From: Candidatus Spongiisociaceae bacterium
Lineage (GTDB): Bacteria > Actinomycetota > Acidimicrobiia > Spongiisociales > Spongiisociaceae
Reading direction: 5' to 3'
DNA length: 64,000 bases
Assembly (NCBI GenBank): GCA_965219685.1
Contig: CBDCOH010000002.1
Span: forward strand, 4,000,001-4,064,000
The notes under the pieces: model-generated
Databases searched by the model: none
The model's input: the letters and a program-made list of their open reading frames with translations, nothing else
Told to the model about the DNA's origin: nothing
Translations under genes and position numbers: made by a program
Shown here: in pieces, positions 17,164 to 27,558 of the stretch
How the letters are laid out: each line of letters starts with the position of its first letter
Numbering within the stretch: the stretch's first letter is position 1

Positions 17164-18075
17164 TCAGCGTCCGTAGCCGTCCCAGGGACCGATGCTGCGG
17201 GAGCGGGTGGGGATACCGGCGATCTCGGGCGCCTGATCGGGGTCGTCCGGGTCGTAGTTGTCGGCGATTCCCTTGACGATCACCTCCGGCTCGAGCGTGA
17301 CCCAGTTGATCAGGTCGCCGTCGAGGCGGAAGATCCAGGTGGTGCCTTCTTCGTTGTCGGCGAGGAACGAACCGTGCTTGACCTTGGCCGGGCGCCAGAA
17401 GTAGACGCCGGGGGAGATCGGGCCGTAGTTGTAGGTCATGCTGCCCGACAGGCAGTAGGCCTCCTCGAACACGGGATGGTGGATGAGCCGCTCGTCGCCC
17501 CATCCCGGCGGTGCGTGGCACACGAAGGTGCGGAAACCCTTGGTCTGGTGGTTGGGGTCCCAGTCGAAGAAGAGGTCCTTCTTCGAGAGGAACTGCTGGG
17601 TGAGGCCCCGCTCCGGCTTGTTCTGGATGAAGTCCATCTTCTCGCTGTGCACGATCGTGAGTTCGCCGGGTTCGGTGGACACGGTGTTCCCGCCCTTGGA
17701 GACGAACTCGCTCCGGTCCCGGTCGTCGACCGAGAAGCCCCAGTCGCCGTACTCGCGGAAGATCAGCACCTCCGTACCGGACTCCACCCGCATGTGCGGG
17801 ACCCTGAGGCCGGCCGGGGCCCGCCAGTAGCCGCCCGGTCCGAAGTCTGTATCGCCCAGGTGTACACGTCCTTCCAGCACGAACCACTCCGTGTCGGCGC
17901 TGTGGTAGCCGCCCGGCCGTCCCCAGTCGGTCTCGAAGAACACCTTGAAGGAGCCTGCCCCGTTCTCCTCGTCGTAGGACAGGTTCTGCTGGCGTGCCCG
18001 GCCCTCACCGCGGGGTAGTTCGGGCGTATGCCATATCAGATCCTGCTCGTGAACCATCTCGACGTGGGAGCGCAT
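17164..18075 (-). CDS. Bicupin (DUF4437/ChrR-like) protein
   Basis: GYHSADTEWFVLEG and HHPVFEEAYCLSG...YFWRPAKVKHG cupin motifs; ATG 18075 after AAGGAG. Confidence 0.82.
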   Translation of the reverse strand: MRSHVEMVHEQDLIWHTPELPRGEGRARQQNLSYDEENGAGSFKVFFETDWGRPGGYHSADTEWFVLEGRVHLGDTDFGPGGYWRAPAGLRVPHMRVESGTEVLIFREYGDWGFSVDDRDRSEFVSKGGNTVSTEPGELTIVHSEKMDFIQNKPERGLTQQFLSKKDLFFDWDPNHQTKGFRTFVCHAPPGWGDERLIHHPVFEEAYCLSGSMTYNYGPISPGVYFWRPAKVKHGSFLADNEEGTTWIFRLDGDLINWVTLEPEVIVKGIADNYDPDDPDQAPEIAGIPTRSRSIGPWDGYGR

Positions 18076-18193
18076 CCTTCTCTCCTTCTCGCAGCTGTTC
18101 GGTCGAGTTTCGAGCGCGAAAGGGCAGGTGTCAAGCGCGTCCCGAAGAGCCGGTCGGCTACTCTGCGCAGCCATGATGGGAGAGGGGTGCGAA

Positions 18194-18535
18194 GTGGGGA
18201 TCACCCGACTGAGCGCGCAGATCGAGGGCTTTCTCGACTCGGTGCCGGACAAGGCCGATGTCCGGGCTTTCCTCCGGACGGTCGAACGCATTTCCGACGT
18301 GGCGGTGCCCGTGTACGACGGGCCGACCGAACTTCTCGTCGCCCCGTCGGCGATCATCGGGAACGACGGGTCGCCCATCGTGACCAGCGAAGCCACCCGG
18401 GGTCAGCTCATAGATGCCGCGGCCGGTTTCCGGACCAACGCGCAGAAGCTCGTCGCCGAAGCGGGTCGGGCGATGGCGACCGCGATCACGCTGGAGCAAC
18501 TCGCCGACAGTCTGGCCCCCGGCAGGAGACGCTAG
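18194..18535 (+). CDS. Hypothetical protein
   Basis: GC3-rich ORF filling the gap between two minus-strand genes; GTG after AGAGGGG; no motif recognised. Confidence 0.5.
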   Translation: MGITRLSAQIEGFLDSVPDKADVRAFLRTVERISDVAVPVYDGPTELLVAPSAIIGNDGSPIVTSEATRGQLIDAAAGFRTNAQKLVAEAGRAMATAITLEQLADSLAPGRRR

Positions 18536-18638
18536 ACGAGTAGTTCCAGGCCATCCGACCGGAGGCATCGCCCCGAACAATTTAACCCACCGCTAACTAC
18601 CCGGTCGCCACCTAACACCTAACACCCAACACCCAAAG

Positions 18639-20207
18639 TCAGGTTCCGAGGACGCCCGGGTTCATGATCCCGTTCGGGTCCAGTTGCTGTTTGAGCGTCC
18701 GGATGTAGCCCGAGTAGGCCTCTGATACGTGGCCGGCGAAGTCGTAGTACCGCCCGATCTGGAAGTTGACGCAGCCGTGGTCCTGGTAGAGGTCGGCTAC
18801 CTCGCTCCGGAACTCGGCAGCCACCCGTCGTGCCTCACCGAACCGTCCCCTGCGGCGGGTCACGCCCTTCATGAGCGCCTTCACGGCCATCCCTGTCGGC
18901 ACCTTGCCGAGCATCTTGACGTTGCGGGGATCCAGGACGTACGCCCGGCGCAGAGGGTCCAACTCGTCCGGCCACACGATGTTGGTCTCGAGCAACAACT
19001 GGCCCTTGACCGCGCACATCAGGTGGTAGCTGTAGACGTGTTCCCGCTCGAAGGCGTCGGCGTATCCCTCGGCCAGATCGTCGACCTTGTCCATGAGTTC
19101 CTCTGCGGCGGAGAACGGCACGACTCCATGAACCGGCGCCCACACCTCCCCGTTGGTGGTCACCAGGGAAGCGGTGATGCCGCCCACGAAACCCATGAAC
19201 GGTTCGTCCCGCCACTTGCCGGCGAGTTCACCGGCCAGTTCCCGGCCGCCGTGGTCCCCGACGATGGAGCGGATTGCGCCGGCGTTGGCTGATATCACGT
19301 CGGCGCTCGGGCCCTCGGTCGATGCGTGCAGTACTTCGGTGGCGCCTGCGAGGAAGCCGTACCCCGCTTTGATGAGCCCGTCCAGACGCTTGCTCGACAG
19401 GTAGAAGACCTCCGACGCCAGGCGCGACCGCGCTATTGCGGACATGGCCGAGAGGAGTCCGGTGAGGGAGGGGAAGTCGAAGCTCATGGACTCGTGACCG
19501 TGGGGCTGCGCCATCAGTTCGAAGCTGGCTTCGGTCTTGATCCCGAAAGCCCCGGAGTCGCCGACGAACATCCCCGTGAGGTCGGGTCCGTAGTAGCGGA
19601 AGTGCTTCCATCCGTCGACGTGGGCGCCCGAGCCGGTCCTGATCACGTCTCCGGTGGGCGTGACCACCTCCAGGCCGAGGAGGGTGTCCCCGACGGTTCC
19701 GTACTTGCCGGACCCGTACCAGACCACGTTGTTGGATATGCACCCTCCGAGGGTCGACCCCTCGCCGGACAGGGGTCCCCAGAAGACCATCCGGAGTCCT
19801 CTCTGCGTGAGGGTGGCGTTGAGGTCCTTCCAGGTGCAGCCGGTCTGGGCGGTTATCGACATGGCGTCGAGGTCGATCTCCCGGACCGCGTTCATGCGGG
19901 ACGTGTCGAGCAGGATCCCGCCCTGTTCGATGGGCGTGTAGCCGAGCGTGTAGGACAACCCACCGCCTCGCGGATAGACGGGTGTTGCGTGCTCGTTTGC
20001 GAGGCGGACGACGGCTGCCACCTCCTCGGTCGTGGCGGGCTGCACGACGAAGTCGGCCGGGGCCACCTCGGTCTGGCTGAGGTCGGTACCGTAGTAAGCC
20101 AGGTCCCGCTTGGTGGTGGAGACGTGTCGGCCACCTACCGCATCCCTGAGGTCTCGCTTCAGCTGTTCCACGATGACCACCTCCGAACCAGGCTCAGCAT
20201 GTTCCAC
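18639..20207 (-). CDS. FAD-binding oxidoreductase (VAO/GlcD/D-lactate dehydrogenase family)
   Basis: PRGGGLSYTLGY, STLGG, GLEVVTPTG, GDSGAFGI, LDPNGIMNPG. Confidence 0.9.
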   Translation of the reverse strand: MEHAEPGSEVVIVEQLKRDLRDAVGGRHVSTTKRDLAYYGTDLSQTEVAPADFVVQPATTEEVAAVVRLANEHATPVYPRGGGLSYTLGYTPIEQGGILLDTSRMNAVREIDLDAMSITAQTGCTWKDLNATLTQRGLRMVFWGPLSGEGSTLGGCISNNVVWYGSGKYGTVGDTLLGLEVVTPTGDVIRTGSGAHVDGWKHFRYYGPDLTGMFVGDSGAFGIKTEASFELMAQPHGHESMSFDFPSLTGLLSAMSAIARSRLASEVFYLSSKRLDGLIKAGYGFLAGATEVLHASTEGPSADVISANAGAIRSIVGDHGGRELAGELAGKWRDEPFMGFVGGITASLVTTNGEVWAPVHGVVPFSAAEELMDKVDDLAEGYADAFEREHVYSYHLMCAVKGQLLLETNIVWPDELDPLRRAYVLDPRNVKMLGKVPTGMAVKALMKGVTRRRGRFGEARRVAAEFRSEVADLYQDHGCVNFQIGRYYDFAGHVSEAYSGYIRTLKQQLDPNGIMNPGVLGT

Positions 20208-20370
20208 ACTACCGCCGAGCGGTGGCTGGTGGGTCCTTGGCTCGGACTCCTCGCAGCCACTTTCCGCGAAGAGCCCACCTCGGCCTAAGGGCGAGATACA
20301 ACGGTGCGATGGAGGATGGAAGATAATCCAATCTTATGGTAACCACGACTAGCAACTAGCAACTGGTGGG

Positions 20371-21297
20371 TCACGCGCCGAGTATCTCGAGTGCCTCGGC
20401 CATGAGGGGCTCGTCCCAGGCTCCGATGGACTGGACGTAGAAGCGGGTTACGCCGGCAGCGGCCAGCAGCGCCATCTGGTCGGCGACCTGGTTGGGCGTT
20501 CCGTGTGGCAGCAGGCACTCGGCGAAGCTGGCCTCCAGATCGTCGGCATCCATCTTGCGGTAGGCGGCGCCCGCCTCAAGTCGTCTCCGGTAGGTGACCT
20601 CGTCGGAGGCGACGATGACCGGTCCCAGGGCGCTGATCCGCAGGGCTCCGGGCGGCCGTCCCGCTGCGGCGGCGGCCGCGCGGGCCCGCTCGATCCGGGC
20701 CTCCAAGTCATCGATCGGGGCGAGGAGTGCCAGGTTGTACTCGTCCGCGTAGGCCCCTGCAAGGCGCGGCGACCGGTGGGGACCGAACCCTCCCACCATG
20801 AGGGGGAGATCCCCGGTGGGAGGCGGTTCGACCGGCTTGGCGTCCAGGTAGTAGTGCCTCCCGGAGAATCCGGGCCGGGCCTTGCCGAACGCGGCCCTCA
20901 GGTAGCCGAGCGCCTCCTCCAGCCTCTCCCAGCGCTCCGGCCATGGCGGGTAGGGAATGCCGAACCTGCGGTGCTCCTCCTCCAGCCACCCGGTACCGAG
21001 GCCCAGCGTGAAGCGGCCTCTGGACATGTGGTCGATGGTCATCGACTGCTTGGCGAGAACGGCGGGATGGCGGAACGTGATGGGGCTCACGAGAACCACC
21101 AGTTCGATCCGCTCGGTCTCGCGAGCCAGCCCGGCGAGGATGGCCAGCGTGTCGTAAAGACCTGCGTTCTGGCCCGACAAGGTATGGACCAGGTAGTGGT
21201 CGGCCCGGGCGAAGGCCACCAGCCCCTGCCGCTCCGCCCACTTGGCGGCCCGCATCGCCAGGTCGTAGTCGCCGCCAACCTGTATCCCGAATTCCAT
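20371..21297 (-). CDS. LLM-class (probably F420-dependent) oxidoreductase
   Basis: RADHY, LVSPITFRHPAVLAK, GRFTLGLGTGW..EEH, LAGAYADEYN. Confidence 0.88.
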   Translation of the reverse strand: MEFGIQVGGDYDLAMRAAKWAERQGLVAFARADHYLVHTLSGQNAGLYDTLAILAGLARETERIELVVLVSPITFRHPAVLAKQSMTIDHMSRGRFTLGLGTGWLEEEHRRFGIPYPPWPERWERLEEALGYLRAAFGKARPGFSGRHYYLDAKPVEPPPTGDLPLMVGGFGPHRSPRLAGAYADEYNLALLAPIDDLEARIERARAAAAAAGRPPGALRISALGPVIVASDEVTYRRRLEAGAAYRKMDADDLEASFAECLLPHGTPNQVADQMALLAAAGVTRFYVQSIGAWDEPLMAEALEILGA

Positions 21298-21338
21298 CCA
21301 ACCTCCCGAACGACATGGGCGCGTACGTGCTGATCCTA

Positions 21339-21465
21339 GGGTGGTGAGTGGTGAGTGGTGAGTGGTGGATGGTGAGTGGTGAGTGGTGAGTGGTGGATGG
21401 TGAGTGGTTTGGGATGGTGGATGGGTTGGATGGTGGATGGTGAATGGTGAATGGTGAATGGTGAA
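21339..21465. repeat. Long degenerate heptamer array (GGTGAGT/GGTGGAT/GGTGAAT)
   Basis: Read directly from the sequence; about 18 units. Confidence 0.9.
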
Positions 21466-21606
21466 TAACTCTGGAGGGTACTCGAAGGCCGGGCTAGGTC
21501 CTTGTCACGATGAGCCAGGTGTGGTAGCCGTTTACGGCAACCGGCTGTTATCGGCCTCCTACAATCGCCGGGGACTTCTCGTGACGGACCGGCCTGGGGA
21601 GACGAC

Positions 21607-22476
21607 TTGGCGCACAGTGGAGAACAGCCTGCATCGGCGTCCTCGCCGGTGATCGACACGTCGGTGAACTTCCGGCCCTCGACCCGGCTGGGCCGTTACG
21701 ACTACTTCGGGATGGACAGTTCGGTGGGCGGCGGGAGTGCCGACTTCTTCTTGGAGATGATGGAGGAGGGCGGGGTCGACATGGCCGGCATCATCGCCAA
21801 CCGGGTGGCGGACGGTGTCGGGGGCGAGGAGATGGGCAACCACGTCGATCTGGTGGCGCCGTTGCTCGAATCCCACCCGGACCGCTTCTTCGGCTGGGTG
21901 GGCATCAATCCGCTCCTGGGCATGGAGACCATCCGTTACGTCCGCTACGGCATCGAGACCCTGGGCTTCGCCGGTGTCCATGTGTACCCGCACTGGTTCG
22001 GTCTCGACATCAACCACCGCCGCTACTACCCGATCTACTCGGTCTGTTCGGAACTCGGCGTCCCGATCGCCATGCAGATCGGTAGCCAGTCGATGCGGTC
22101 GGGGGCGAAGCTGGTGGCCCTCCCGACGATGGTCGACGACGTGGCCTTCGACTTCCCCGAGCTGACGTTCGTGGCCATCCACAATGGTTGGCCCTACGAG
22201 CGGGAGACGGTCATGCTGGCGAAGAACTTCGAGAACGTGTTCATCCTGGCGGACGGGCACCCTCCTAGCACCTGGCCGCCGGACATCCTCGATTACATCA
22301 AAGATGCTCAATGGTGGAACCGCGACGGATCCGAGAAGGTGATGTGGGGTACCGACTGGCCGGTGCAGACGATGAAGGAGTCGCTCGACGAGGTGCGCGC
22401 CCTCGGGCTCTCGGACGACGGGTACGCGAAGCTCGTCGGCGGCAACGCGGCCAGGATCCTCGAGCTGGGGAAGTAG
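21607..22476 (+). CDS. Amidohydrolase_2 family protein
   Basis: PDRFFGWVGINP, YPIY..C.ELGVP, DFPEL, IHNGWP, KVMWGTDWP, GGNAARIL. Confidence 0.88.
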   Translation: MAHSGEQPASASSPVIDTSVNFRPSTRLGRYDYFGMDSSVGGGSADFFLEMMEEGGVDMAGIIANRVADGVGGEEMGNHVDLVAPLLESHPDRFFGWVGINPLLGMETIRYVRYGIETLGFAGVHVYPHWFGLDINHRRYYPIYSVCSELGVPIAMQIGSQSMRSGAKLVALPTMVDDVAFDFPELTFVAIHNGWPYERETVMLAKNFENVFILADGHPPSTWPPDILDYIKDAQWWNRDGSEKVMWGTDWPVQTMKESLDEVRALGLSDDGYAKLVGGNAARILELGK

Positions 22477-22478
22477 CA

Positions 22479-23258
22479 GTGGATCTGGGGCTCGACGGCC
22501 GGGTGGTGGCGGTGGCGGGCGCCGGGGTGGGTATCGGTCGCGCGGTCGCGCTCGAGATCGCCCGTGAAGGTGGCGCCCTCGCCGTCGGCGCGCGCGACTC
22601 CGATGCCATCGCCCGTACGGCCGAGCGGGCTCGCGCCATCGGAGCGACTGCAGTCGGCGTGGTCGGTGATCTTGCCACCACGCTAGGGTTGGCGGAGCTC
22701 ATCGGGATGGCCGTGGGGACGCATGGGAGACTCGATGGTCTGGTCTGTTGTGTCGGCTCGACCCCGCTGGGTGACCTCTCCGAACTGACAGACCGCGAGT
22801 GGCGGATGGCCTTCGAGATGAAGGTGCTGGCCACAGTCAGGGCCGTCAGGACGGCGCGGCCCTATCTGGCCGAAGGCGGTGGCGGACGGGTGGTGGTGGT
22901 GACCGGTAACGCGTCCCGTACCCGCTTCCCCTACCTGCTGACCTCCACCGTCATGAACGCCGGGCTGGAGAGCCTCGTGTCGTCACTCGCCGTCCAACTC
23001 TCCGCGGACGGCATCGCCATCAACGCCGTATCGCCGGGTCCGGTCAATACCAGGCGATACGAGGGGCTGCAGGAGGCTGTGGCAGCGCATGAGGGGTTGG
23101 ACTCGCCCTCTGCCCGCCGGCACATCGAGAAATCCATACCGGCCGGACGGATTGCCGAACCAGGCGAGGTAGCCCGCCTGGTCACGTACCTGGTATCCCC
23201 GGCCTCCGCCCCCATAACGGGGGCCACCTACGTGCTCGACGGGGGCCAGAGCGGTTGA
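22479..23258 (+). CDS. Short-chain dehydrogenase/reductase
   Basis: Start GTG 22479 (MDLGLDGRVV); GAGVGIG, INAVSPG, IPAGR, DGG. Confidence 0.88.
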   Translation: MDLGLDGRVVAVAGAGVGIGRAVALEIAREGGALAVGARDSDAIARTAERARAIGATAVGVVGDLATTLGLAELIGMAVGTHGRLDGLVCCVGSTPLGDLSELTDREWRMAFEMKVLATVRAVRTARPYLAEGGGGRVVVVTGNASRTRFPYLLTSTVMNAGLESLVSSLAVQLSADGIAINAVSPGPVNTRRYEGLQEAVAAHEGLDSPSARRHIEKSIPAGRIAEPGEVARLVTYLVSPASAPITGATYVLDGGQSG

Positions 23259-23383
23259 AGCTCTGTGGAGCAGTGACCGGGCGCGTGTAGTTCTACGCAG
23301 ACGCCTACCTGGCGATGGAGTCTTGACTCCGAGACACTGGGACTCTTCGGCCGGATGTGGGGTGGAAACGCCCGCCGGGGGAG

Positions 23384-23593
23384 TCACGGGAGCCGGGACA
23401 GGATGATGGACACGGCAGCGGCCAGCCCGCCAACGACAACGCCGGCAAGACCTACGAGGAGACCTGCAAGCCACTTGGTCTGGCGGAAGATGGCGCCTTC
23501 GACTCCCCGCAAGGCCTCGGAAAGGTCGTTTCGCACCTCTGCCTGACGTTCTTTGTCCTTCGCATCCACCATAGACTCGGTGACGATCACCAT
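23384..23593 (-). CDS. Small coiled-coil + C-terminal TM protein (DUF1640-like)
   Basis: Charged helix, then QTKWLAGLLVGLAGVVVGG hydrophobic tail. Confidence 0.5.
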   Translation of the reverse strand: MVIVTESMVDAKDKERQAEVRNDLSEALRGVEGAIFRQTKWLAGLLVGLAGVVVGGLAAAVSIILSRLP

Positions 23594-23708
23594 AGCCCAC
23601 CCCCGCTGTCATCGATTCAGATCGTGTAATAATCCAGTATACGACAGTTAACGTTAGATATCCATCCGAAGGTCTTCCCATCAGTTTGTGGCGCCGTTGC
23701 CACCCCGC

Positions 23709-25250
23709 TCAGGAGGAGAAGCGCTCCCGCAGGTCGCGTTTGAGCACCTTCATGCCGGCGTTGCGCGGGAGCACGTCGACGGTCTCGTAGCGACGGGGGA
23801 CCTTGTAGCGGGCCAGTTGCGAGCGGCACAGCTCGTCGAGTTCGTCCATCGGAAGCGGCCGCCCGCCTCTCGTGACGACCACCGCGGTCACCTGTTCGCC
23901 CCACCTTTCCGACGGCAGCCCGATGACGGCGACGTCCTGCACGGACGGATGCCTCACCAGGACCTCCTCGACATCGCGGGGATAGATATTGGCGCCGCCC
24001 GAGATGATCAGGTCTTTCTTCCGGTCGACGATGTAGTGGTAGTTCTCGTCGTCGACCATGGCCAGGTCGCCGGCCGAGAAGAAGCCGTCGTCGGTGGTCG
24101 ACTCGGCCGTGGCCACAGGGTTCTTGTAGTACCCGTTCATCAGGTACGGGGACTTCGAGAACAACTCGCCGATCTCGCCGGGCTGCACGCGGTTGCCATC
24201 GTCGTCGACGACCCTCACCTCGGTCATGAACCAGGCCGGTCCCACGCAACGTTCCTTTCGCATGATGTCCGGCGGGCGCAGGTTGGTGACGATGGCCGCC
24301 TCGGTCGACCCGTACAGCTCGTGGAGGCCGACATGGGGGAACATCCCGTGCACCCATTCCTTGAGGGACTGGGGGAGAGGGGCGGCGTTGAAGTAGATGA
24401 CCTCCAGCGAGGAGACATCGAAACTGCGGATGCAGTCCTCGCCGAGGGAGCGCACCAGGACGGCGTGGGTGGGTACGAGAAACACCGTGTGGGGCCGGTC
24501 CCTCTCGATCATCGCGAGCAGGCCGTCGGGGCTGAAGGCTCTCAGCATCGAGACCGTCCCGCCTGTGTGGACCGCGGCGTAAGCGAACGCGAACCCGGCT
24601 CCGTGGTACATGGGGGCCACGGCGATGGTCCTCCTGCCCGGCCCGAGACCCCACTCGAGGGCGGTGGCGTAGAAGGTGAGCGTCCTGGAGCGGTGGCTGA
24701 TGACCACACCCTTGGGGTTGCCGGTCGTGCCGGACGTGTACGCGATGGCGAACGGGTCCGTCTCCGCCACCCGGATGCGGGGGTCGGCGCTCCTTGCACC
24801 CTCCAGTGCGGCCTCGTAGCCGGCTCCTGCCTCGTCACCTCCGATGGACAGCACGATCGCCGGCTCGCGGGACTCGATGGCCGCGCCGGCGCTCGGGGCG
24901 AGAGAGTCGTCGAGGATGAGGGCCCGGGCATCCGAATGGTCGAAGATGAAGTCGATCTCGGGAGCGGGGGACTTGGGGTTGAGCGGGATCATCACCATGC
25001 CGGCCTTGGCGATGCCGGCGGCGACCTCGCAGTACTCGAGCCGGTTACCGCTCAGGAACCCGATGTGGTCACCCGGTTGCAGACCGGCGGCGAGGAGGAC
25101 GTTGGCTACCCGGTTGGAACGGTCGTCGAGTTCGGCGTAGGTCTGCGTGCGGGCACCGTCGATCACCGCCGTCGCGCCCGGAGTGGCGATCGCGAACTCG
25201 CGTATGCCGTTGGCGATGTTGAGGTCCGCACCTCGTGGAAGGATTGCCAT
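23709..25250 (-). CDS. AMP-binding acyl-CoA synthetase
   Basis: YTSGTTGNPKG, LYGSTE, GDLA, DRKKDLIISGGANIYP. Confidence 0.95.
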   Translation of the reverse strand: MAILPRGADLNIANGIREFAIATPGATAVIDGARTQTYAELDDRSNRVANVLLAAGLQPGDHIGFLSGNRLEYCEVAAGIAKAGMVMIPLNPKSPAPEIDFIFDHSDARALILDDSLAPSAGAAIESREPAIVLSIGGDEAGAGYEAALEGARSADPRIRVAETDPFAIAYTSGTTGNPKGVVISHRSRTLTFYATALEWGLGPGRRTIAVAPMYHGAGFAFAYAAVHTGGTVSMLRAFSPDGLLAMIERDRPHTVFLVPTHAVLVRSLGEDCIRSFDVSSLEVIYFNAAPLPQSLKEWVHGMFPHVGLHELYGSTEAAIVTNLRPPDIMRKERCVGPAWFMTEVRVVDDDGNRVQPGEIGELFSKSPYLMNGYYKNPVATAESTTDDGFFSAGDLAMVDDENYHYIVDRKKDLIISGGANIYPRDVEEVLVRHPSVQDVAVIGLPSERWGEQVTAVVVTRGGRPLPMDELDELCRSQLARYKVPRRYETVDVLPRNAGMKVLKRDLRERFSS

Positions 25251-25334
25251 GTCACCTCACAGCTGTCGACAGGAGACTAGTGACACCCTGTTCCTCCCCC
25301 CATGGCGAGACGGGCCCAGCGGGAACGCACGCCC

Positions 25335-26096
25335 TCACCGGGGCGGGAGTTCGTAACCGTCCACGGGGTCATAGGTGTTGCCGATGGGTCCTCGCACGAT
25401 CACGAAGAACAGGCAGCCGTCGTCCGAGTGCATGGGTCCGTGCACGTCCTCCGGGGGATGGGCCAGGTAGGCGCCCTTGGTCATCTTCCCGAAGGTCGTG
25501 TCGATGGTCCCCTCCAGGATGTAGACCTCCTCCGAGAACGTGTGCCACTCGGTGAACGGGCTGATCCACTGCGGTAACAGGCCGTTTATGGAGGCGCCCT
25601 GCTGGGCCTCGGGGTCGTTGCGGAGCGGCTTGCGGGCCGCGCCTCCGGGGAAGTCGTCGAAGCGCGGGGACTCCCAGGTCACGGCCAGGCAGTCAACGAG
25701 CGGGACCGACCGCTCGGGCCGGAACATCGGGCCCGGCTCGTCCGAAGGGTTCCACTGCGGGGTCCCCGTGAACGAAGCGAAGACCAGCGCGCCGTCGGTG
25801 GTGCGCAGCGGCTCCCGTAGCTTCCCGGCCGGATGGAATGCGTAGCACCAAGGGCCGTAGGTGAGGTCGCCCCACGTCATCTCACCCTCCAGATAGAAGA
25901 TGTCCTCGTCCGACTCGTTGTAGCCGGTCTCCTGCCGCTCGAAGCCTGGAGGGAACTCGACGATCGCCGTGACGCCCCCGGTATCGGGATCGCGGCTGAG
26001 GGGTTTCATCCTGGTGGGCATATTCCCGCCTGGCAGGGCGAGTTCCATCCAGTCGATGTCGTCGACGTGGATGAAGTCGATGTGTGGGCGGGTCAT
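25335..26096 (-). CDS. Bicupin (DUF4437/ChrR-like) protein
   Basis: MTRPHIDFI, EDIFYLEG, WHTFSEEVYILEG, HPPEDVHGP. Confidence 0.82.
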   Translation of the reverse strand: MTRPHIDFIHVDDIDWMELALPGGNMPTRMKPLSRDPDTGGVTAIVEFPPGFERQETGYNESDEDIFYLEGEMTWGDLTYGPWCYAFHPAGKLREPLRTTDGALVFASFTGTPQWNPSDEPGPMFRPERSVPLVDCLAVTWESPRFDDFPGGAARKPLRNDPEAQQGASINGLLPQWISPFTEWHTFSEEVYILEGTIDTTFGKMTKGAYLAHPPEDVHGPMHSDDGCLFFVIVRGPIGNTYDPVDGYELPPR

Positions 26097-26124
26097 GCGA
26101 GTTCCTTTCTGGATCGGGTACTGG

Positions 26125-26973
26125 TCAGTTGCCGGTGATCACGTAGCCAAGCGCGCGGTCGACGTTCTTGGGTACCCAGGCGTCGAATCCGTTCCACGAT
26201 CCGTAGCCGGCGCGCAGTTCTTCGGTGACCGCCCGGCAGACTTCGTCCCTGAACCGTTCCGTCATGGCGATGCCGTCCTCGCCCGGCAGGGGGTTCTGGC
26301 CGCCACCCCGACGGAAGGCCGCTTCGGTACGTTCCACGAGTTCCTCGAAGTAGGCGAGATACCCGGTCACCCAATCCGGATCACCCGGCCCGCGATGTCC
26401 TCCCATCACGGTGCGGAACTCCAGGCCGGAGGCAGCCCGCAAGCTCCTGATGCTGCCGATGATGTCTGTGTCGGGCAGTTCGCGGTAGGGCGCCACTCCC
26501 GGCTCCACCAGATCCACGAACAGGAGCATCGGGCCGGTCCCGGTCGGAAGGAGGAACGCCGAGTTGGTGCGCGAGTGGTTGGGGCCGAAGTGGTGGAGTT
26601 CGATCTCGTATGCCCCGAACTCCAGTACCTCGTCATCTCCCAGGTGGCGGGTCGGGTGGACGATGTTCCGGTCGCCCCGGGCGGCCAGCCACGGTCCGAC
26701 CGAGTGATGGGCGATTACTTCGGCCTCGGGGGCCAATGCCCGGGCACCGGTTATGTGGTCTCGGTGGTCGTGGCTGTAGAGGATCCATCTGACCGGCTCC
26801 GAGGTTATCGACGCGATCGCATCTCGATAGGCAACAGCCGCGGTCTCGTCTATCGGGTCGGTGGCGACCACTCCCGAACCCGTCACGGCGAAGACACTGG
26901 CGTAGAACCCCGGCCTCCAACGGAACACATGCGTGCCCTCGCCCAGATCCTCGACAGTCCAGAGGTTGCTCAT
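26125..26973 (-). CDS. Metallo-beta-lactamase-fold hydrolase
   Basis: YSHDHRDH, GPNHS, VD, GGH motifs; paralog of 58263-59120. Confidence 0.88.
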   Translation of the reverse strand: MSNLWTVEDLGEGTHVFRWRPGFYASVFAVTGSGVVATDPIDETAAVAYRDAIASITSEPVRWILYSHDHRDHITGARALAPEAEVIAHHSVGPWLAARGDRNIVHPTRHLGDDEVLEFGAYEIELHHFGPNHSRTNSAFLLPTGTGPMLLFVDLVEPGVAPYRELPDTDIIGSIRSLRAASGLEFRTVMGGHRGPGDPDWVTGYLAYFEELVERTEAAFRRGGGQNPLPGEDGIAMTERFRDEVCRAVTEELRAGYGSWNGFDAWVPKNVDRALGYVITGN

Positions 26974-27420
26974 CGCGGCATCCTAGATGACTGGTTCCTA
27001 GTCGGTAATCTCTAGTTTCTAGTTGGTACTCGACGGTTAACGTTAGATCGGATCATTTGCCATCCTCCATAGTGCTGTTTGGGTCTCGCGTTTGCGCCAT
27101 GGGTGGCTCTTCACGAATTGGCAGCCCTGGGGTCCGAGTCCAGGAATAGGGTCACACCAGTTGCAGGCGTGTTGTGCAGCGTTGTGTAGCGATCATAGAG
27201 GTACGGTCGCTGCTGATCAGCTTCTTTGGAACTACTCGTCTAGGGCGCTCCGGCGATACCGCCGGTTGGAACGATCGAGGGAGCCGGTGGCCTGTCACGT
27301 GTCGAGGAGCCACGCGAGCATGGAGGTGGGGATGGCCATCAGTCCCGGAGACTCAGGGTTCAGGACGATGCGAATAGCGGCGGAACCCTACAATATTGAA
27401 AGCCACGCTTCAATTCAGGG

Positions 27421-27453
27421 TACTTTTTCGAAAGTCAAGTTTTCGAAAAAGTA
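27421..27453. promoter_or_regulatory. AT-rich perfect 13-bp inverted repeat, candidate operator
   Basis: TACTTTTTCGAAA-gtcaagt-TTTCGAAAAAGTA in a divergent intergenic region. Confidence 0.5.
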
Positions 27454-27558
27454 GAAATCTCCAAAACTACGGCTCGACGTACGTGTAATTCACGAACCCG
27501 ACCACCGATCCCGGGACCGAACAGTAGGGTGGCAGTCGAGCGTCCTGTGGAGTCCACG

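Noticed and set aside
27092-27454. 120-aa ORF in the divergent intergenic region
   Set aside because: Atypical codon usage, weak start and no motif; not supported as a gene.
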